Part shown: positions 42,337-53,766 of the stretch, one piece after another
Numbering within the stretch: position 1 is the stretch's first letter
Layout: each line of letters opens with the position of its first letter
Source of the DNA: Gammaproteobacteria bacterium
GTDB lineage: Bacteria > Pseudomonadota > Gammaproteobacteria > Magnimaribacterales > AG-339-G14
Direction of reading: 5' to 3'
DNA length: 64,000 bases
NCBI GenBank assembly: GCA_019652555.1
Contig: BPAJ01000003.1
Span: 14,611-78,610, forward strand
Program-made: the position numbers and the translations under genes
The notes under the pieces: model-generated
Database searches by the model: none
Seen by the model: only the letters and a program-made list of their open reading frames with translations
What the model was told of the DNA's origin: nothing

Positions 42337-44232
42337 TTGGCTAATAGAGACTACACATCTGAATCCATTGAGGTGCTTTCGGGTCTAGAGCCCGTTAGAA
42401 AAAGGCCTGGAATGTATACCGATACAACCAGTCCCAATCACTTGGTGATGGAAGTGATTGATAATAGTGTAGATGAGGCTTTGGCAGGTTATGCAAAAGA
42501 AATTTCAGTTGTCCTAAATAAAGATTTTTCTGTTTCTGTTGAAGATGATGGCAGAGGTATGCCAGTTGATATTCACCCAGAAGAAAAAGTACCAGGTGTG
42601 GAATTGATTTTTTCAAGACTGCATGCAGGTGCTAAGTTTTCAAATAAAGATTATGTTTTTTCTGGAGGTCTTCATGGTGTTGGTGTTTCAGTTGTAAATG
42701 CTCTTTCGACTTATCTCGATGCGGAAATCAAACGAGACGGAAAAAAGTATGAAATTAAATTTAAAGATAGCGTAAAGAAAAAAGATCTGAAGGTTATAGA
42801 TAGTGTTGGACAAAGAAATTCAGGAACAAAAATTTTATTCAAAGCAGATCCATCATTTTTTGATACCGAAAAAATTTCCGGAAAATACCTTTCCAATTCC
42901 CTGAAAGCAAAAGCCGTTCTTTGCCCAGGTCTTAAAATAAAATTTAAGGATGAAGTTAATAAGACAAAAGAAGAGTGGTGTTTCGTTGATGGGCTTGGAA
43001 AATATTTAAGTACCTCGCTAGGCGAAGGCGAATATCTACCTGACGAACCGATCGAAGGAGAGTTCGAGGATGAGGAAAACTCACTTGCTTGGGCAGTGTC
43101 TTGGGAATTACGAGATCAAGATAGTATTACTGAAAGTTATGTGAACCTAATTCCTACTATACAAGGCGGTACACATGTTGCTGGTATGCGAACTGGAATC
43201 ACCGATGCCTTGAAAGAATTTTGTGAATATCGAAATTTAATTCCCAAAGGCGTAAAAGTTACTGCGGAAGATGTCTGGAAAAATGCCTCTTATGTTCTTT
43301 CCGCAAAACTAAAAGACCCACAATTTTCTGGGCAGACCAAAGAGAAACTTTCTTCGAAAGACTTTCAAACTATTGCAGCGAATATTACAAGAGATGCTTT
43401 TGCCATTTGGCTTAATAAGGAAACAGAACTCGCTGAAAGAATCGCTAATATTGCAATCGATAACGCACAAAAAAGAGTCAAGGAAAGTAAATCTGTAGAG
43501 AGAAAAAAAGTTACCAAAGGAGTAACTCTTCCAGGAAAACTCTCTGATTGTGTTTCGTCTAATTACGAAGAAACCGAGTTGTTTTTAGTAGAAGGAGATT
43601 CTGCTGGAGGTTCAGCGAAACAAGCTAGGGATAGAAACTTTCAAGCTGTTATGGCTTTAAAAGGCAAAATTTTAAATACTTGGGAAGTTGATACCGATGC
43701 GGTAAATCAATCGCAAGAGGTAAAAGATATTGGCATGGCAATTGGATTGCAACCAGGATGTAGAGTCTTGGACGGTCTGAGATACGGCAAGATATGTATC
43801 TTGGCAGACGCAGATTCTGATGGCCTACACATTGCAACGTTGATTTGTGCTTTATTTCTCAAACATTTCAGGCCTTTGGTAGAGGAAGGTAGGTTATATG
43901 TAGCCCAGCCTCCTTTATTCAGAATCGATCAAGGCAAGGATATTTATTATGCCCTGGATGAAAAGGAAAAAGACGACTTGGTAAAAAAACTTACAACTCA
44001 AAATAAAAGAACCAAAGTTGAAATACAAAGATTCAAAGGTTTGGGTGAAATGAATCCATCTCAGTTGAAAGAAACTACCATGTCTCAAGATGTAAGAAAA
44101 TTGCTGCAACTTAAATTAGAAAAAGGAAATAGTGCAACAACGATGTTCAATATGCTGCTCTCAAAAAAAAGAGCTCCAGATAGAAAAAGTTGGTTAGAAA
44201 GTAAAGGAGATTTAGCAAGTATCAATGAGTAA
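42337..44232 (+). CDS. parE: DNA topoisomerase IV subunit B
   Basis: 631 aa with a TTG start. Motifs [22 protein letters not shown] and DADSDGLHI. Its length and the adjacent parC distinguish it from gyrB. Confidence 0.93.
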   Translation: MANRDYTSESIEVLSGLEPVRKRPGMYTDTTSPNHLVMEVIDNSVDEALAGYAKEISVVLNKDFSVSVEDDGRGMPVDIHPEEKVPGVELIFSRLHAGAKFSNKDYVFSGGLHGVGVSVVNALSTYLDAEIKRDGKKYEIKFKDSVKKKDLKVIDSVGQRNSGTKILFKADPSFFDTEKISGKYLSNSLKAKAVLCPGLKIKFKDEVNKTKEEWCFVDGLGKYLSTSLGEGEYLPDEPIEGEFEDEENSLAWAVSWELRDQDSITESYVNLIPTIQGGTHVAGMRTGITDALKEFCEYRNLIPKGVKVTAEDVWKNASYVLSAKLKDPQFSGQTKEKLSSKDFQTIAANITRDAFAIWLNKETELAERIANIAIDNAQKRVKESKSVERKKVTKGVTLPGKLSDCVSSNYEETELFLVEGDSAGGSAKQARDRNFQAVMALKGKILNTWEVDTDAVNQSQEVKDIGMAIGLQPGCRVLDGLRYGKICILADADSDGLHIATLICALFLKHFRPLVEEGRLYVAQPPLFRIDQGKDIYYALDEKEKDDLVKKLTTQNKRTKVEIQRFKGLGEMNPSQLKETTMSQDVRKLLQLKLEKGNSATTMFNMLLSKKRAPDRKSWLESKGDLASINE

Positions 44233-46453
44233 AGAGAAAAGCCTAAGTATTGGCGGCTTTGCAGAGAAAGCCTATCTCGATTACTCCATGTATGTAATCT
44301 TAGATAGGGCGCTACCTTTTATTGGAGATGGTTTAAAACCAGTTCAAAGAAGAATAATTTATGCGATGTCCGAAATTGGATTGAAATCTACTTCCAAGTT
44401 TAAGAAAAGTGCAAGAACCGTCGGTGAGGTGATAGGTAAATTTCATCCTCATGGTGACAATGCCGCCTATGAGGCAATGGTCTTAATGGCACAGAATTTC
44501 TCTACTAGGTATCCCTTGATTGAAGGACAAGGAAATTGGGGTTCTCTTGATGATCCAAAGAGTTTCGCTGCAGTGAGGTATACAGAGTGTAGACTTTCAG
44601 CCTACGCACAAGTATTGCTCTCGGAATTATCTCAAGGAACTGTAGATTGGGGTCCTAATTTTGATGGTACTTTGATCGAGCCAAGATTTTTATCATCCAG
44701 AATTCCAAATGTTTTACTCAACGGTGCTTCCGGTATTGCAGTTGGTATGGCAACAGATATTCCGCCTCATAATTTAAATGAAGTTGTAGATGCAACTATT
44801 GCCCTTATTGACTCTCCTAAACTTTCTGTAAAAGAGCTTTTAAAAATTATTCCAGCCCCTGACTTTCCAACTAAGGCAGAAATTATCTCAACGCCTGAAG
44901 AACTATTGGAAATGTATCAGACCGGAAGAGGAGCAGTTAAGTTAAGAGCAACATATGAAATAGAAAATGGCGAGGTTGTCATTACAGCTCTTCCATATCA
45001 GGTTTCAACAACAAGGATTCTAGAACAGATTGCTGCACAAATTGATTCAAAAAAAATGAATCTAATAGAAGATCTTAGAGACGAAAGCGATGGTGAAAAT
45101 CCGGTAAGAATTATTGTCGTACCAAGATCGAATAGGGTTGATAAAGATGCTTTGATGAGTCATCTCTTTGCTACAACAGATTTACAAAAGAATGTCAGAG
45201 TTAATCTGAATGTGATTGGTTTAAGCGGAAGGCCAAAAGTTTTTGATTTGAGAGAAATTCTAAAAGAATGGATCACTTTTAGAACACAAACCGTCAAAAG
45301 GAGACTGCAACACAGATTAGATTGGCTCAACGATAGATTGCACATTCTTGAAGGTTTGATGATTGCTTATCTAAATTTGGATGAGGTAATTAAAATAATC
45401 AGAACTCATGACGATCCAAAAAAACAATTAATCAAAAAATTTAAACTCACTGAAATTCAGGCAAACGCCATTCTTGATATTCGCCTGCGCCAGCTCGCAA
45501 AGCTTGAAGAACAAAGCATCATCGAAGAAAGGGATTCATTAAAAGCAGAAGCAAAGGAAATTGAAAAAATACTTAATTCAGCATCTCGCTTAAAAACTCT
45601 TATTAAAAAAGAATTAAAAGAAGACCAGGAAGAATTTGGCGATGAAAGAAACAGCATGCTTGCCGAGGCAGAGGAAGCAAAAGCTTTTGATGAAAAGGAG
45701 CTCATTTCAAACGATCCAATGACTGTGGTTCTATCAGAAAAAGGTTGGATTCGAGCTGCCAAAGGACATGATGTAGACGTAGAAGGATTGCAATACAGAG
45801 AAGGAGATTCTTACTTATCTTCGTCTTTTGCAAGAAACAGCCAAAATGCAGTTCTACTGGATAATTTTGGCAAAGCCTATACTTTACCTATTCATCAATT
45901 GCCATCTGCGAGAGGCCAAGGCGATCCAGTTTCAGGAAAGATTAATGCTCAATCCGGAGCAACTTTTCCCGGTGTGATTGCAGGATCGGATGAAACTTTA
46001 GCTGTGTTAGCGTCTAATTTAGGCTATGGTTTTGTGGTTAAGTTGGGAGACCTGCAAACAAAAAACAAATCCGGTAAAGCGGCTTTGAATGCGAAGAATG
46101 CTAAGCCAATCACACCTAAGATTCTTTCAGCAGTTGAGGAAAATTACATTGCCTCGATTACTCAAGAAGGCAAAATGTTAATTATCGAAGCAGGCGAATT
46201 ACCAATTTTAGGAAAAGGTAAGGGTAATAAAATCATTTCAATTGATAAAAAGAAATTTGAAGCTAAAGAAGACCAACTCATGTATTTGGTAACTTTCAAA
46301 AAAGGAGAGTCCTTAAAACTTTACAGTGGCAAACAACATTTTGTTATCAAACCGAACGATTTAGAAAATTTTCTAGGAAATCGAGGTAGAAAGGGAAACT
46401 TCTTACCTAAGGGTTATCGCAAGGTTGATAAAGTCGAAGTAATCTCTGAGTAA
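44225..46453 (+). CDS. parC: DNA topoisomerase IV subunit A
   Basis: 742 aa with the active-site Tyr context [10 protein letters not shown]. Overlaps parE by 8 nt. Confidence 0.93.
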   Translation: MSKEKSLSIGGFAEKAYLDYSMYVILDRALPFIGDGLKPVQRRIIYAMSEIGLKSTSKFKKSARTVGEVIGKFHPHGDNAAYEAMVLMAQNFSTRYPLIEGQGNWGSLDDPKSFAAVRYTECRLSAYAQVLLSELSQGTVDWGPNFDGTLIEPRFLSSRIPNVLLNGASGIAVGMATDIPPHNLNEVVDATIALIDSPKLSVKELLKIIPAPDFPTKAEIISTPEELLEMYQTGRGAVKLRATYEIENGEVVITALPYQVSTTRILEQIAAQIDSKKMNLIEDLRDESDGENPVRIIVVPRSNRVDKDALMSHLFATTDLQKNVRVNLNVIGLSGRPKVFDLREILKEWITFRTQTVKRRLQHRLDWLNDRLHILEGLMIAYLNLDEVIKIIRTHDDPKKQLIKKFKLTEIQANAILDIRLRQLAKLEEQSIIEERDSLKAEAKEIEKILNSASRLKTLIKKELKEDQEEFGDERNSMLAEAEEAKAFDEKELISNDPMTVVLSEKGWIRAAKGHDVDVEGLQYREGDSYLSSSFARNSQNAVLLDNFGKAYTLPIHQLPSARGQGDPVSGKINAQSGATFPGVIAGSDETLAVLASNLGYGFVVKLGDLQTKNKSGKAALNAKNAKPITPKILSAVEENYIASITQEGKMLIIEAGELPILGKGKGNKIISIDKKKFEAKEDQLMYLVTFKKGESLKLYSGKQHFVIKPNDLENFLGNRGRKGNFLPKGYRKVDKVEVISE

Positions 46454-47647
46454 TCACTTCAAAGCTTTGACAGCTTTTTCAAATCTTTTAAAACCTTCTT
46501 CAATCTCATTGTCTGAAATAATTAACGAAGGGGCGATTCTAATTGTTTTTTCTCCGGCAGCTTGGACTAATATCAATCCTTTTTTATAGCAGGCATCAAT
46601 AAAGTCTTTTGCTTTTATTTTTTTAAAGTCGCAACAGATCCATAGGCCGGCTGATCTTACATCTTCAAATAAATCAAACTTTTCAGATAATTTGTTTAAT
46701 TTTTCATGAAAGATGAATGTTTTTTTCATAACACCTTTTAAAACTTTTTGAGAAGAGACTATTTCTACAACTTTCTTAGCAACTTCGCAGGCAAGGGGAT
46801 TTCCTCCAAAGGTACTGCCATGAGTGCCTGGTTGAAAAGCTTTAGCAATTTTGCCGGTCGTTAAAGTTGCCCCAATTGGTATTCCTCCACCAAGGCCTTT
46901 TGCTAGAGTGGAAATATCTGGCTTAACGCCATAACCCATATAAGCCATTAAAGTTCCTGTTCTTCCAATACCACTTTGTACCTCATCAAATATCAATAGA
47001 CAGTCTTTTTCATTAGCTAATTTTCTAAGACCCTCTAAGAAAGGATTTTCTGCTCTGATTATTCCTGACTCTCCCAGAATTGGTTCCACAAAAATAGCGG
47101 CGGTTTTTTTGGAAATAGTTTTTTTGACAGAGTTAAGATCGTTAAATTTTGCTCTCTTGAATCCTTGCAGAAGAGGACCAAAACCTGTTTTTTGGAATGT
47201 CGAATCACCGGCTGTTATATTCAACATTGATCTGCCATGAAAAGCATTCGTAAAAACAATGATTTCATGTTTTTCTGGTTTGCCTTGGTCAAAATAATAT
47301 TTTCTGGCTAATTTAATTGCCGCTTCATTTGCTTCATTTCCAGAATTGGAAAAAAATACCTTGTCGGCAAATGTTTTATCAGCAAGCATTCTGCTTAGCT
47401 CTAATGCTGGTTTGTTGTACAAATAATTACTCACATGCCAAAGCTTTGAAGATTGTTCTTTCAAAACTTTATTGAGTTGTGGATGAGAATGACCAAGACA
47501 AGTAACGGCAATACCTCCACCAAAGTCGATGTAGTCTTTACCTTGTTCGTCCCACAGGACTGACTTTTTACCCCTTACAGGAATAAATGCTGCCGGAGCA
47601 TAATTCGGCATCAAGGAAGTTCTATTTATAGAATTAATCTTTGTCAT
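46454..47647 (-). CDS. argD: acetylornithine (or succinylornithine) aminotransferase
   Basis: 397 aa class III aminotransferase with DEVQSGIGRTG and the PLP-Lys context TLAKGLGGG. Confidence 0.88.
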   Translation of the reverse strand: MTKINSINRTSLMPNYAPAAFIPVRGKKSVLWDEQGKDYIDFGGGIAVTCLGHSHPQLNKVLKEQSSKLWHVSNYLYNKPALELSRMLADKTFADKVFFSNSGNEANEAAIKLARKYYFDQGKPEKHEIIVFTNAFHGRSMLNITAGDSTFQKTGFGPLLQGFKRAKFNDLNSVKKTISKKTAAIFVEPILGESGIIRAENPFLEGLRKLANEKDCLLIFDEVQSGIGRTGTLMAYMGYGVKPDISTLAKGLGGGIPIGATLTTGKIAKAFQPGTHGSTFGGNPLACEVAKKVVEIVSSQKVLKGVMKKTFIFHEKLNKLSEKFDLFEDVRSAGLWICCDFKKIKAKDFIDACYKKGLILVQAAGEKTIRIAPSLIISDNEIEEGFKRFEKAVKALK

Positions 47648-47708
47648 TTTTTGCTATTGATTATTGAAAATATCATAATCTGAACAGTTTTTTTCATAAA
47701 AAGGTATT

Positions 47709-48197
47709 TTGTTAATGGTTATAACTGAACAAATAGATAATGGATATAGATTATCTTTGATGCCAAATAGTTCAATTTCTTGGCAGGGCAGTTTGTTATT
47801 TTTAGCGCTGATTTCCTTTCCGATATCCATTATCGGTATTACTTTCTTTTTTTATGGTGCTCCGATTATTCTTCCCTTTGCAGGCTTGGAAATTTTAATC
47901 GTCGGGACAGCTCTATATGTTGTTTTTAAAAAAAGTTCAAAGAAGGAAGTCATAACACTCACTAAAGAAAAATTAACAATTGAAAAGGGTCGTTTTAGAC
48001 CGGATTCAGTTTCGGAATTCATCAGGGAATGGTCATATGTTTTTGTTGAAAAACCTTCTCACCATTGGTATCCAATTAAAATTGTCATATCTTCCAAGGG
48101 AGAAAAAATTCCTGTCGGGAATTTTTTAACTGAAGAAGAAAAAAAAGAATTTGTCAGCAGTTTGGAAGAAATTATCAGCGAATATCGAGCTGACTAA
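47709..48197 (+). CDS. DUF2244-like two-TM membrane protein
   Basis: 162 aa with an N-terminal L-x-PN-S-S-x-S segment followed by two hydrophobic helices (PFAGLEILIVGTALY). The family assignment is from memory of the DUF2244 pattern. Confidence 0.55.
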   Translation: MLMVITEQIDNGYRLSLMPNSSISWQGSLLFLALISFPISIIGITFFFYGAPIILPFAGLEILIVGTALYVVFKKSSKKEVITLTKEKLTIEKGRFRPDSVSEFIREWSYVFVEKPSHHWYPIKIVISSKGEKIPVGNFLTEEEKKEFVSSLEEIISEYRAD

Positions 48198-48198
48198 A

Positions 48199-49386
48199 TT
48201 ACTTAGCTCTCTGATTGAAACGTCTGCCAATCATTGCTGAAGCAATATTTACTTTTTGAACATCAATTGTTCCACCAGCAATTCCCCAACCAAAAGAATC
48301 TCTGACGCGTCTTTCCATTTTGTATTCTTTGTTGAATCCATAACCGCCCATAAGCTGCATCGCATTCGTTGTGACCTCTCTTGCGATTTCATTGGCAAAA
48401 CATTTTGCAGTACTTGATTCCAATATATCTGGCAAACCATTGGCGGCATTGAAAACTGCACGGTGAATCAAAAGTCTAGATGCTTCCACTCTAATGAGCA
48501 TGTCTGCAAGTTTGATTTGGACTGCTTGAAAATCAACCAATTGCTTGCCAAATTGCTCCCTCTCTTGAACATATTCTTTGACATAGTCTAAAGCTGCTGC
48601 TGCTTGAGATAGAGCCATTGTTGCATTCCCACATCTTTCTAAATCAAAGGTTTCCATTAATTTTTTGAACCCATCTTCAGGCTCAACCAATAAATTATCA
48701 ATTGGAACCTCTACGTTATCGAAGTAGATATCTGCAGATGGTATTCCACGCCAACCCATCAGGCTCTCACTATTTCCGAAAGTCAGCCCGGGTGTATCGA
48801 TATCAACAAAAACAGCACCAATACCTTTTGCAGCAGGAGCATCAGACATTCGGGCATAAACTACATAACCATCAGAATGACCGGCACCTGAACACCAACG
48901 TTTGGTTCCATTGATTACGATTTTGTCTCCTTTGATTTCAGCTTTGGTTTTTAAATCGGTCAAACCGGTTCCAGCATTGGGTTCTGACATACTTACAGCT
49001 ACCACCATCTCGCCTTTACAAACTTTGGGAATCACTCTTTTCTTCAGTGCATCTGAACCAAAATGCTCAATGACTTTTACAGGACCTGCATTTGCTTCAA
49101 ATACTGGCCAACCTACTGCAGAAGATATCTTTCCAAATTCTTCAAGAACTATAATGGCATCAAGATTAGAGAGGCCCAGTCCACCATACTCTGTTGGTGT
49201 ATTGATTCCTAAAAAGCCCAATTCACCAATTTTTTTCAGCACATCCTTTGGTACAGGGTTTGCTGATTCTTCCATTTCATCAGCCAATGCTGTTAATTCT
49301 TTTTGAGCAAAATCTCTTGCGACTTTTTGCAACTCTAATTGTTCTGCAGTTAATTTAAAATCCATAATGAAAGGATAATTATACAC
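48199..49386 (-). CDS. acyl-CoA dehydrogenase
   Basis: 395 aa with ACAD N/M/C architecture, WCSGAG and the C-terminal QLMGGYGF region. Substrate not inferable. Confidence 0.85.
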   Translation of the reverse strand: MYNYPFIMDFKLTAEQLELQKVARDFAQKELTALADEMEESANPVPKDVLKKIGELGFLGINTPTEYGGLGLSNLDAIIVLEEFGKISSAVGWPVFEANAGPVKVIEHFGSDALKKRVIPKVCKGEMVVAVSMSEPNAGTGLTDLKTKAEIKGDKIVINGTKRWCSGAGHSDGYVVYARMSDAPAAKGIGAVFVDIDTPGLTFGNSESLMGWRGIPSADIYFDNVEVPIDNLLVEPEDGFKKLMETFDLERCGNATMALSQAAAALDYVKEYVQEREQFGKQLVDFQAVQIKLADMLIRVEASRLLIHRAVFNAANGLPDILESSTAKCFANEIAREVTTNAMQLMGGYGFNKEYKMERRVRDSFGWGIAGGTIDVQKVNIASAMIGRRFNQRAK

Positions 49387-49406
49387 ATTGAGTTAAAATC
49401 ATCATC

Positions 49407-49823
49407 ATGACGGCAAAAAAATTTTCTACCCCTAAAGGTTACGAAAGTCTTAATCAAACCGAAGATCATATTGCGAATATTGGCCAAGGTTTTTACAAAA
49501 GAAATGAAGCAGGAGATTTGATAATGGCTTTTTGGGTAAGACCTGAAAACGGAAATTCTGGTGGAGTTGCTCATGGGGGAATGTTGATGAGTATTGCAGA
49601 TTACTGTTTGTGCTCTGTTGCGATGGAATCAAAAGAAAATTATGCAGCAACCATAAGTTTTAGATCGGAATTTGTAGCTCCTGCAAAGGTTGGCTCCTTG
49701 GTAGAAATATTTACTACGATTACCAAAGAGACAAGAAGTCTTGCTTTTGGACAAGGCTACATTGAATGTGAAGGGGAAATTGTTTTTAGTTTTTCTGGAA
49801 TAGTAAAAAAGATAAAGAAATAA
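49407..49823 (+). CDS. PaaI/4HBT-type hot-dog thioesterase
   Basis: 138 aa with NSGGVAHGGMLMSIADY, typical of PaaI-family thioesterases. Confidence 0.75.
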   Translation: MTAKKFSTPKGYESLNQTEDHIANIGQGFYKRNEAGDLIMAFWVRPENGNSGGVAHGGMLMSIADYCLCSVAMESKENYAATISFRSEFVAPAKVGSLVEIFTTITKETRSLAFGQGYIECEGEIVFSFSGIVKKIKK

Positions 49824-49824
49824 G

Positions 49825-51069
49825 TTAACTTAATTTCTTTTTTACTTTTATCTTTTTTAGTTCAGCAATATCAGGAAGGCCATTTACATATTTTATTGGT
49901 GCCTCTCCTTTTATAAGAGGACTTAAATATGTTTTTCCTGCTTGAGTAATTTCAAAACCATTTTTAGAAATAAATTTTTTAGGCATAGTTTTTTCAATAT
50001 TAGCCACATTTTTTAGAGGCGCAGTTGCTATTTTCCATTTATAAGGTGAATCACTTGTTCTTTTAATAATTGGCATTAGAGCTGTCTTTCCAGCAATAGC
50101 TAGTTTCACCGCATGTTCTCCAACAGCATAAGCCTGATCTAGATCGGTTTTTGATGCTAAGTGTCTTGCTGAGCGCTGAAGATAATCTGCTACTGCCCAA
50201 TGATTTTTTAATCCAATCTTTGAAATCATTCCAGCTAAAACAGGAGCTACTCCTCCAAGCTGTTTGTGACCAAAAGCGTCTGTTAACCCTGAGTCTGCTA
50301 AAAACTTCCCATTTTTTGTTTGAGTACCTTCTGAAGCAACAATGACACAATAGCCTTGCTCTTTAACAGTTTGTTTGACCTGAGTAATAAATTTAGTTTT
50401 CTCAAAAGGCACTTCGGGAAGCAAAATAATGTGAGGCGGATCACCTGCTTTAGTTGCAGCTAAACAGGATGCTGCAGCAATCCATCCTGCATGTCTTCCC
50501 ATGACTTCCAAAATGAAAACTTTCGTTGATGTTTCAGCCATGCTTTTCACGTCAAGTCCGGCTTCTAAAGTTGAAGTAGCAATGTATTTTGCAACTGAAC
50601 CAAAGCCAGGTGAGCAGTCTGTATAAGGCAAATCATTATCAACCGTTTTTGGTATCCCAACACATTTCAATGGAAACTTTAGTTTTTTTGCCATTTCAGA
50701 TACCTTAAAAGTAGTATCTTGACTGTCTCCTCCCCCGTTATAAAAAAAATATTCAATATCATGCGCAGCAAAAACTTCAAACAATCTCTCATATTCTTTC
50801 TTTTGCTTTATTGGATCCTGTAATTTAAATCTGCAAGAACCAAATGCTCCACCGGGAGTTTGTTTCAGTTTTGCAATATTCGATTTAGTTTCTTTGGAAG
50901 TATCTATAAGTTCTTCATTTAAAGCACCAAGGATGCCATTCTCCCCAGCAAGCACCTTGTGAATTTTTTTTGATTTATTTACAGTCTCAATGACACCACA
51001 TGCAGATGCATTTATTACAGCTGTTACTCCGCCTGATTGAGCATAGAAGGCGTTTTTAACTTTTGTCAT
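49825..51069 (-). CDS. pfp: PfkA-family phosphofructokinase, predicted pyrophosphate-dependent
   Basis: 414 aa with NAFYAQSGGVTAVINASACGVIE, NGGGDS, IPKTVDNDL and MGRHAGW. By my by-eye alignment, Asp and Lys occupy the positions equivalent to E. coli PfkA Gly104 and Gly124. Confidence 0.8.
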   Translation of the reverse strand: MTKVKNAFYAQSGGVTAVINASACGVIETVNKSKKIHKVLAGENGILGALNEELIDTSKETKSNIAKLKQTPGGAFGSCRFKLQDPIKQKKEYERLFEVFAAHDIEYFFYNGGGDSQDTTFKVSEMAKKLKFPLKCVGIPKTVDNDLPYTDCSPGFGSVAKYIATSTLEAGLDVKSMAETSTKVFILEVMGRHAGWIAAASCLAATKAGDPPHIILLPEVPFEKTKFITQVKQTVKEQGYCVIVASEGTQTKNGKFLADSGLTDAFGHKQLGGVAPVLAGMISKIGLKNHWAVADYLQRSARHLASKTDLDQAYAVGEHAVKLAIAGKTALMPIIKRTSDSPYKWKIATAPLKNVANIEKTMPKKFISKNGFEITQAGKTYLSPLIKGEAPIKYVNGLPDIAELKKIKVKKKLS

Positions 51070-51121
51070 TGAGGCAATATAACTGAAAAAAGGTTGTGTG
51101 GGAAAAGGATATAATCATCAG

Positions 51122-52465
51122 ATGAAAATATATGTTTTAGGTATTTGCGGAACTTTTATGGGCGGACTTGCGCAGTTGGCAGCTGAAAAAGGCATTAAAG
51201 TTTCTGGCTGTGACGAGAATGTATATCCTCCTATGGACCAAGTCTTACTTTCAAATGGCATTACGATTGATGAAGGATACAATCCAAAAAATTTACCCAA
51301 AGATGTTGATTTGGTTGTTGTGGGAAATGTTATAGCGCGTGGTAACCCCATGATCGAAGAAATACTTAATAAAGGTATAGACTTCATTTCTGGCCCAGAG
51401 TTTTTATCAAAATACTTATTAGCCAAGAGACATGTGGTAGCTATAAGCGGAACTCATGGCAAAACCTCTGTATCCTCAATGGTGACAAAAGTACTTCTAG
51501 ATAATGGAGTAGATTGTGGTTACTTAATTGCTGGAAGAGCGAAGGATTTAGATGCAACTGCTTCATTAGGAACTCATGAGTTTTTTGTCATAGAGGCTGA
51601 CGAGTATGACACTGCTTTTTTTGATAAAAGATCGAAATTTATTCACTATCATCCTAAAACTCTTCTAATCAATAATCTTGAGTTTGATCATGCTGATATT
51701 TTTAGTAGCTTGAGTGATATTAAAAAGCAATTTCATCACCTATTGAGATTGATGTCTTCCAAATCAACGTTAATTTTTCCTGAGCATAACATCAATATTA
51801 AAAATGTTATGAAAATGGGTTTTTACAGTCAAAGCCTTCCTTTCAATACTAAATTTGCCAGAGGCTGGCATGCCAAGAAAGTTAAGGCAGATTCCTCTAA
51901 ATTTGATATTTTTAAAGACAAAAAGAAAAAAGCGTCTATAAGTTGGTCGTCTATTGGCGAGCATAGTCTACAAAATGGATTAGCCAGTTATCTTGTTTGT
52001 AAATCCTTAGGCTTGAAATCAAGGGATATTGCAGAGTCACTCTCCAAGTTTAAAGGAGTAACAAGAAGAATGGATCTGGTTGGGGATAAAAGCAGCGTCA
52101 AAGTTTACGACGACTTCGCACACCATCCGACTGCAATTAAATACACTCTTGAGGGCTTAAGAAAAAAAGTTGGAAGTGAGAAGATAATTTGCCTTTTGGA
52201 AATGCGGTCCAATACGATGCTTTCAGGATATCATGACAAAAAAATTCCAAAGGCCGTAGCTTCAGCCGATCAAGTCTTTATTTTTTCAAAAGACAAGAAG
52301 CAAATCTCTGCTCTAGAGAGCGGAAGTAAAAATATCGAAGCATGTTCCACTACGCAAGAATTTTTAAGAAAGCTTTCTAGCTTGGATTTAGACAATACTC
52401 ACTTAATTTGTTTATCTAATGGCTCATTTGATGGTATCCATCAAGCCATTTTAGAAAGAATTTAA
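51122..52465 (+). CDS. mpl: UDP-N-acetylmuramate:L-Ala-gamma-D-Glu-meso-DAP ligase
   Basis: MKIYVLGICGTFMGGLA matches the Mpl N-terminus, and GTHGKTS is present. The start is set at 51122 rather than the GTG at 51098. Confidence 0.9.
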   Translation: MKIYVLGICGTFMGGLAQLAAEKGIKVSGCDENVYPPMDQVLLSNGITIDEGYNPKNLPKDVDLVVVGNVIARGNPMIEEILNKGIDFISGPEFLSKYLLAKRHVVAISGTHGKTSVSSMVTKVLLDNGVDCGYLIAGRAKDLDATASLGTHEFFVIEADEYDTAFFDKRSKFIHYHPKTLLINNLEFDHADIFSSLSDIKKQFHHLLRLMSSKSTLIFPEHNINIKNVMKMGFYSQSLPFNTKFARGWHAKKVKADSSKFDIFKDKKKKASISWSSIGEHSLQNGLASYLVCKSLGLKSRDIAESLSKFKGVTRRMDLVGDKSSVKVYDDFAHHPTAIKYTLEGLRKKVGSEKIICLLEMRSNTMLSGYHDKKIPKAVASADQVFIFSKDKKQISALESGSKNIEACSTTQEFLRKLSSLDLDNTHLICLSNGSFDGIHQAILERI

Positions 52466-53766
52466 TCTAAATTTATCCAACTTCCGTGAAATCCAAAAGG
52501 TACTCTTTGAGGCAAGGTTACTCTGGCTAGGGGCGCATCTGAAAAATTCTGAGCATCCAAAACAACAAAATCACTTAAGTCAGTTGTTTTATCATAGACA
52601 AATCCAACAACAAAACCATCATCTTCTGATTTAGCATTTTTCCTAGGAATAAAAACCGGCTCAGCAGCTTGGCAACTTTCGCCAAAATCATGAGCGATGG
52701 TTTCACTTTTTTCAAAATCATGTTTGAAATAGTTGTTAAGTCTTCCATCATTGAGCAAGTATCCAAAACGATGTTGTTTGCCATCAAAATCCGGATGAAC
52801 TCTGGAAAATTCCATAGGCCTATCATCTAACATTTCTTCGGAACATGTTTTAGTTTTTGGATCTAGAATCCATCTTGTAAGAAAAGGTTTTTGTCCCATG
52901 GGAAGAGGATTATCAAAATCAAACAGTCTTTCGTATCGACAAAAGTCTAAGACAACTTGGCCGTTGTCATCTTCATACGAATTAACTATGTGAAATAAAA
53001 ACCCTGGATTAACCTCTATCCAGATAATTTCATCAGTTTTCTTGTTTTGTAATCCTACTCTGGAAGTATGTTTATCATTCCAGACCACTGGATAATCTCC
53101 ACCAATAGGATTATTGTCATCGTCTCTCCTACCAAGATTAAACGTAACAGGCAGATCAAAAATAAGAACATAATTTTTGGTAATAGCACAATCATGAACC
53201 ATTGGTCTGCTTGGTGTTTCAATGATTTGATCTTTGATGAGTTTGCCGTTGCTATCTATAGTTACATAATGAACTTGGCCTAATCCATTTACGTATTCCC
53301 CAAAATCGTAACTCACGGCATGCATTTCCCCAGTATCTGAATCAATTTTTGGATGGGCAGTAAATCTTTTATTATCTGCTGCTGGAAAAGGCTCTTCTTC
53401 AAGAAAATTCATCTCAGAGTCCATAATTACTGGAGATACTCCTCCCTCGACTAAGGCATAAATTTTTTCGCCGTGTTTAAGCACATGAGTATTGGGACCA
53501 AAACCAAAAGGTGAGGTCACAAATTTATTCTTATACCAAAGAGCCTTCCCATCTTCTACTCTTATGCCATGAATCATTCCGTCGCCAAAAAAAGGATGAT
53601 AATTTTCATGATTTATTGGTTCTTTTGGATTAGGTCCGTTTCTGAGAAATAGACCTGATAGTTCTCTAGGTAATTCTCCTGAAATCTTTAATTCAGTTGT
53701 AGATGTTTCTTCTACCGGATACCAGTTTCCAGATAAAAATTTATTTTTACTTTCTCTTTTAGTCAT
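52462..53766 (-). CDS. carotenoid cleavage oxygenase family (RPE65/CCO) dioxygenase
   Basis: 434 aa. Conserved His contexts YHPFFGDGMIHG, FTAHPK, MVHDCAITKNY, LFHIVNSYE and FGFHGSWI fit the 4-His iron site of CCOs. Substrate unknown. Confidence 0.82.
   Translation of the reverse strand: MTKRESKNKFLSGNWYPVEETSTTELKISGELPRELSGLFLRNGPNPKEPINHENYHPFFGDGMIHGIRVEDGKALWYKNKFVTSPFGFGPNTHVLKHGEKIYALVEGGVSPVIMDSEMNFLEEEPFPAADNKRFTAHPKIDSDTGEMHAVSYDFGEYVNGLGQVHYVTIDSNGKLIKDQIIETPSRPMVHDCAITKNYVLIFDLPVTFNLGRRDDDNNPIGGDYPVVWNDKHTSRVGLQNKKTDEIIWIEVNPGFLFHIVNSYEDDNGQVVLDFCRYERLFDFDNPLPMGQKPFLTRWILDPKTKTCSEEMLDDRPMEFSRVHPDFDGKQHRFGYLLNDGRLNNYFKHDFEKSETIAHDFGESCQAAEPVFIPRKNAKSEDDGFVVGFVYDKTTDLSDFVVLDAQNFSDAPLARVTLPQRVPFGFHGSWINLD

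Noticed and set aside
48902-49306. 134-aa + strand ORF inside the acyl-CoA dehydrogenase gene. The same class includes 20190-20537 (115 aa, in ahcY), 25315-25641 (108 aa, in fba), 45457-45762 (101 aa, in parC), 51118-51426 (102 aa, in mpl), 38152-38454 (100 aa, in mutM), 27113-27391 (in tatA/hisE) and 3411-4113 (in polA).
   Set aside because: All lie antisense to, or out of frame within, genes with unambiguous catalytic motifs. Their products are Ser/Pro/Leu-rich low-complexity strings typical of antisense translation. None has an SD or a recognisable motif.
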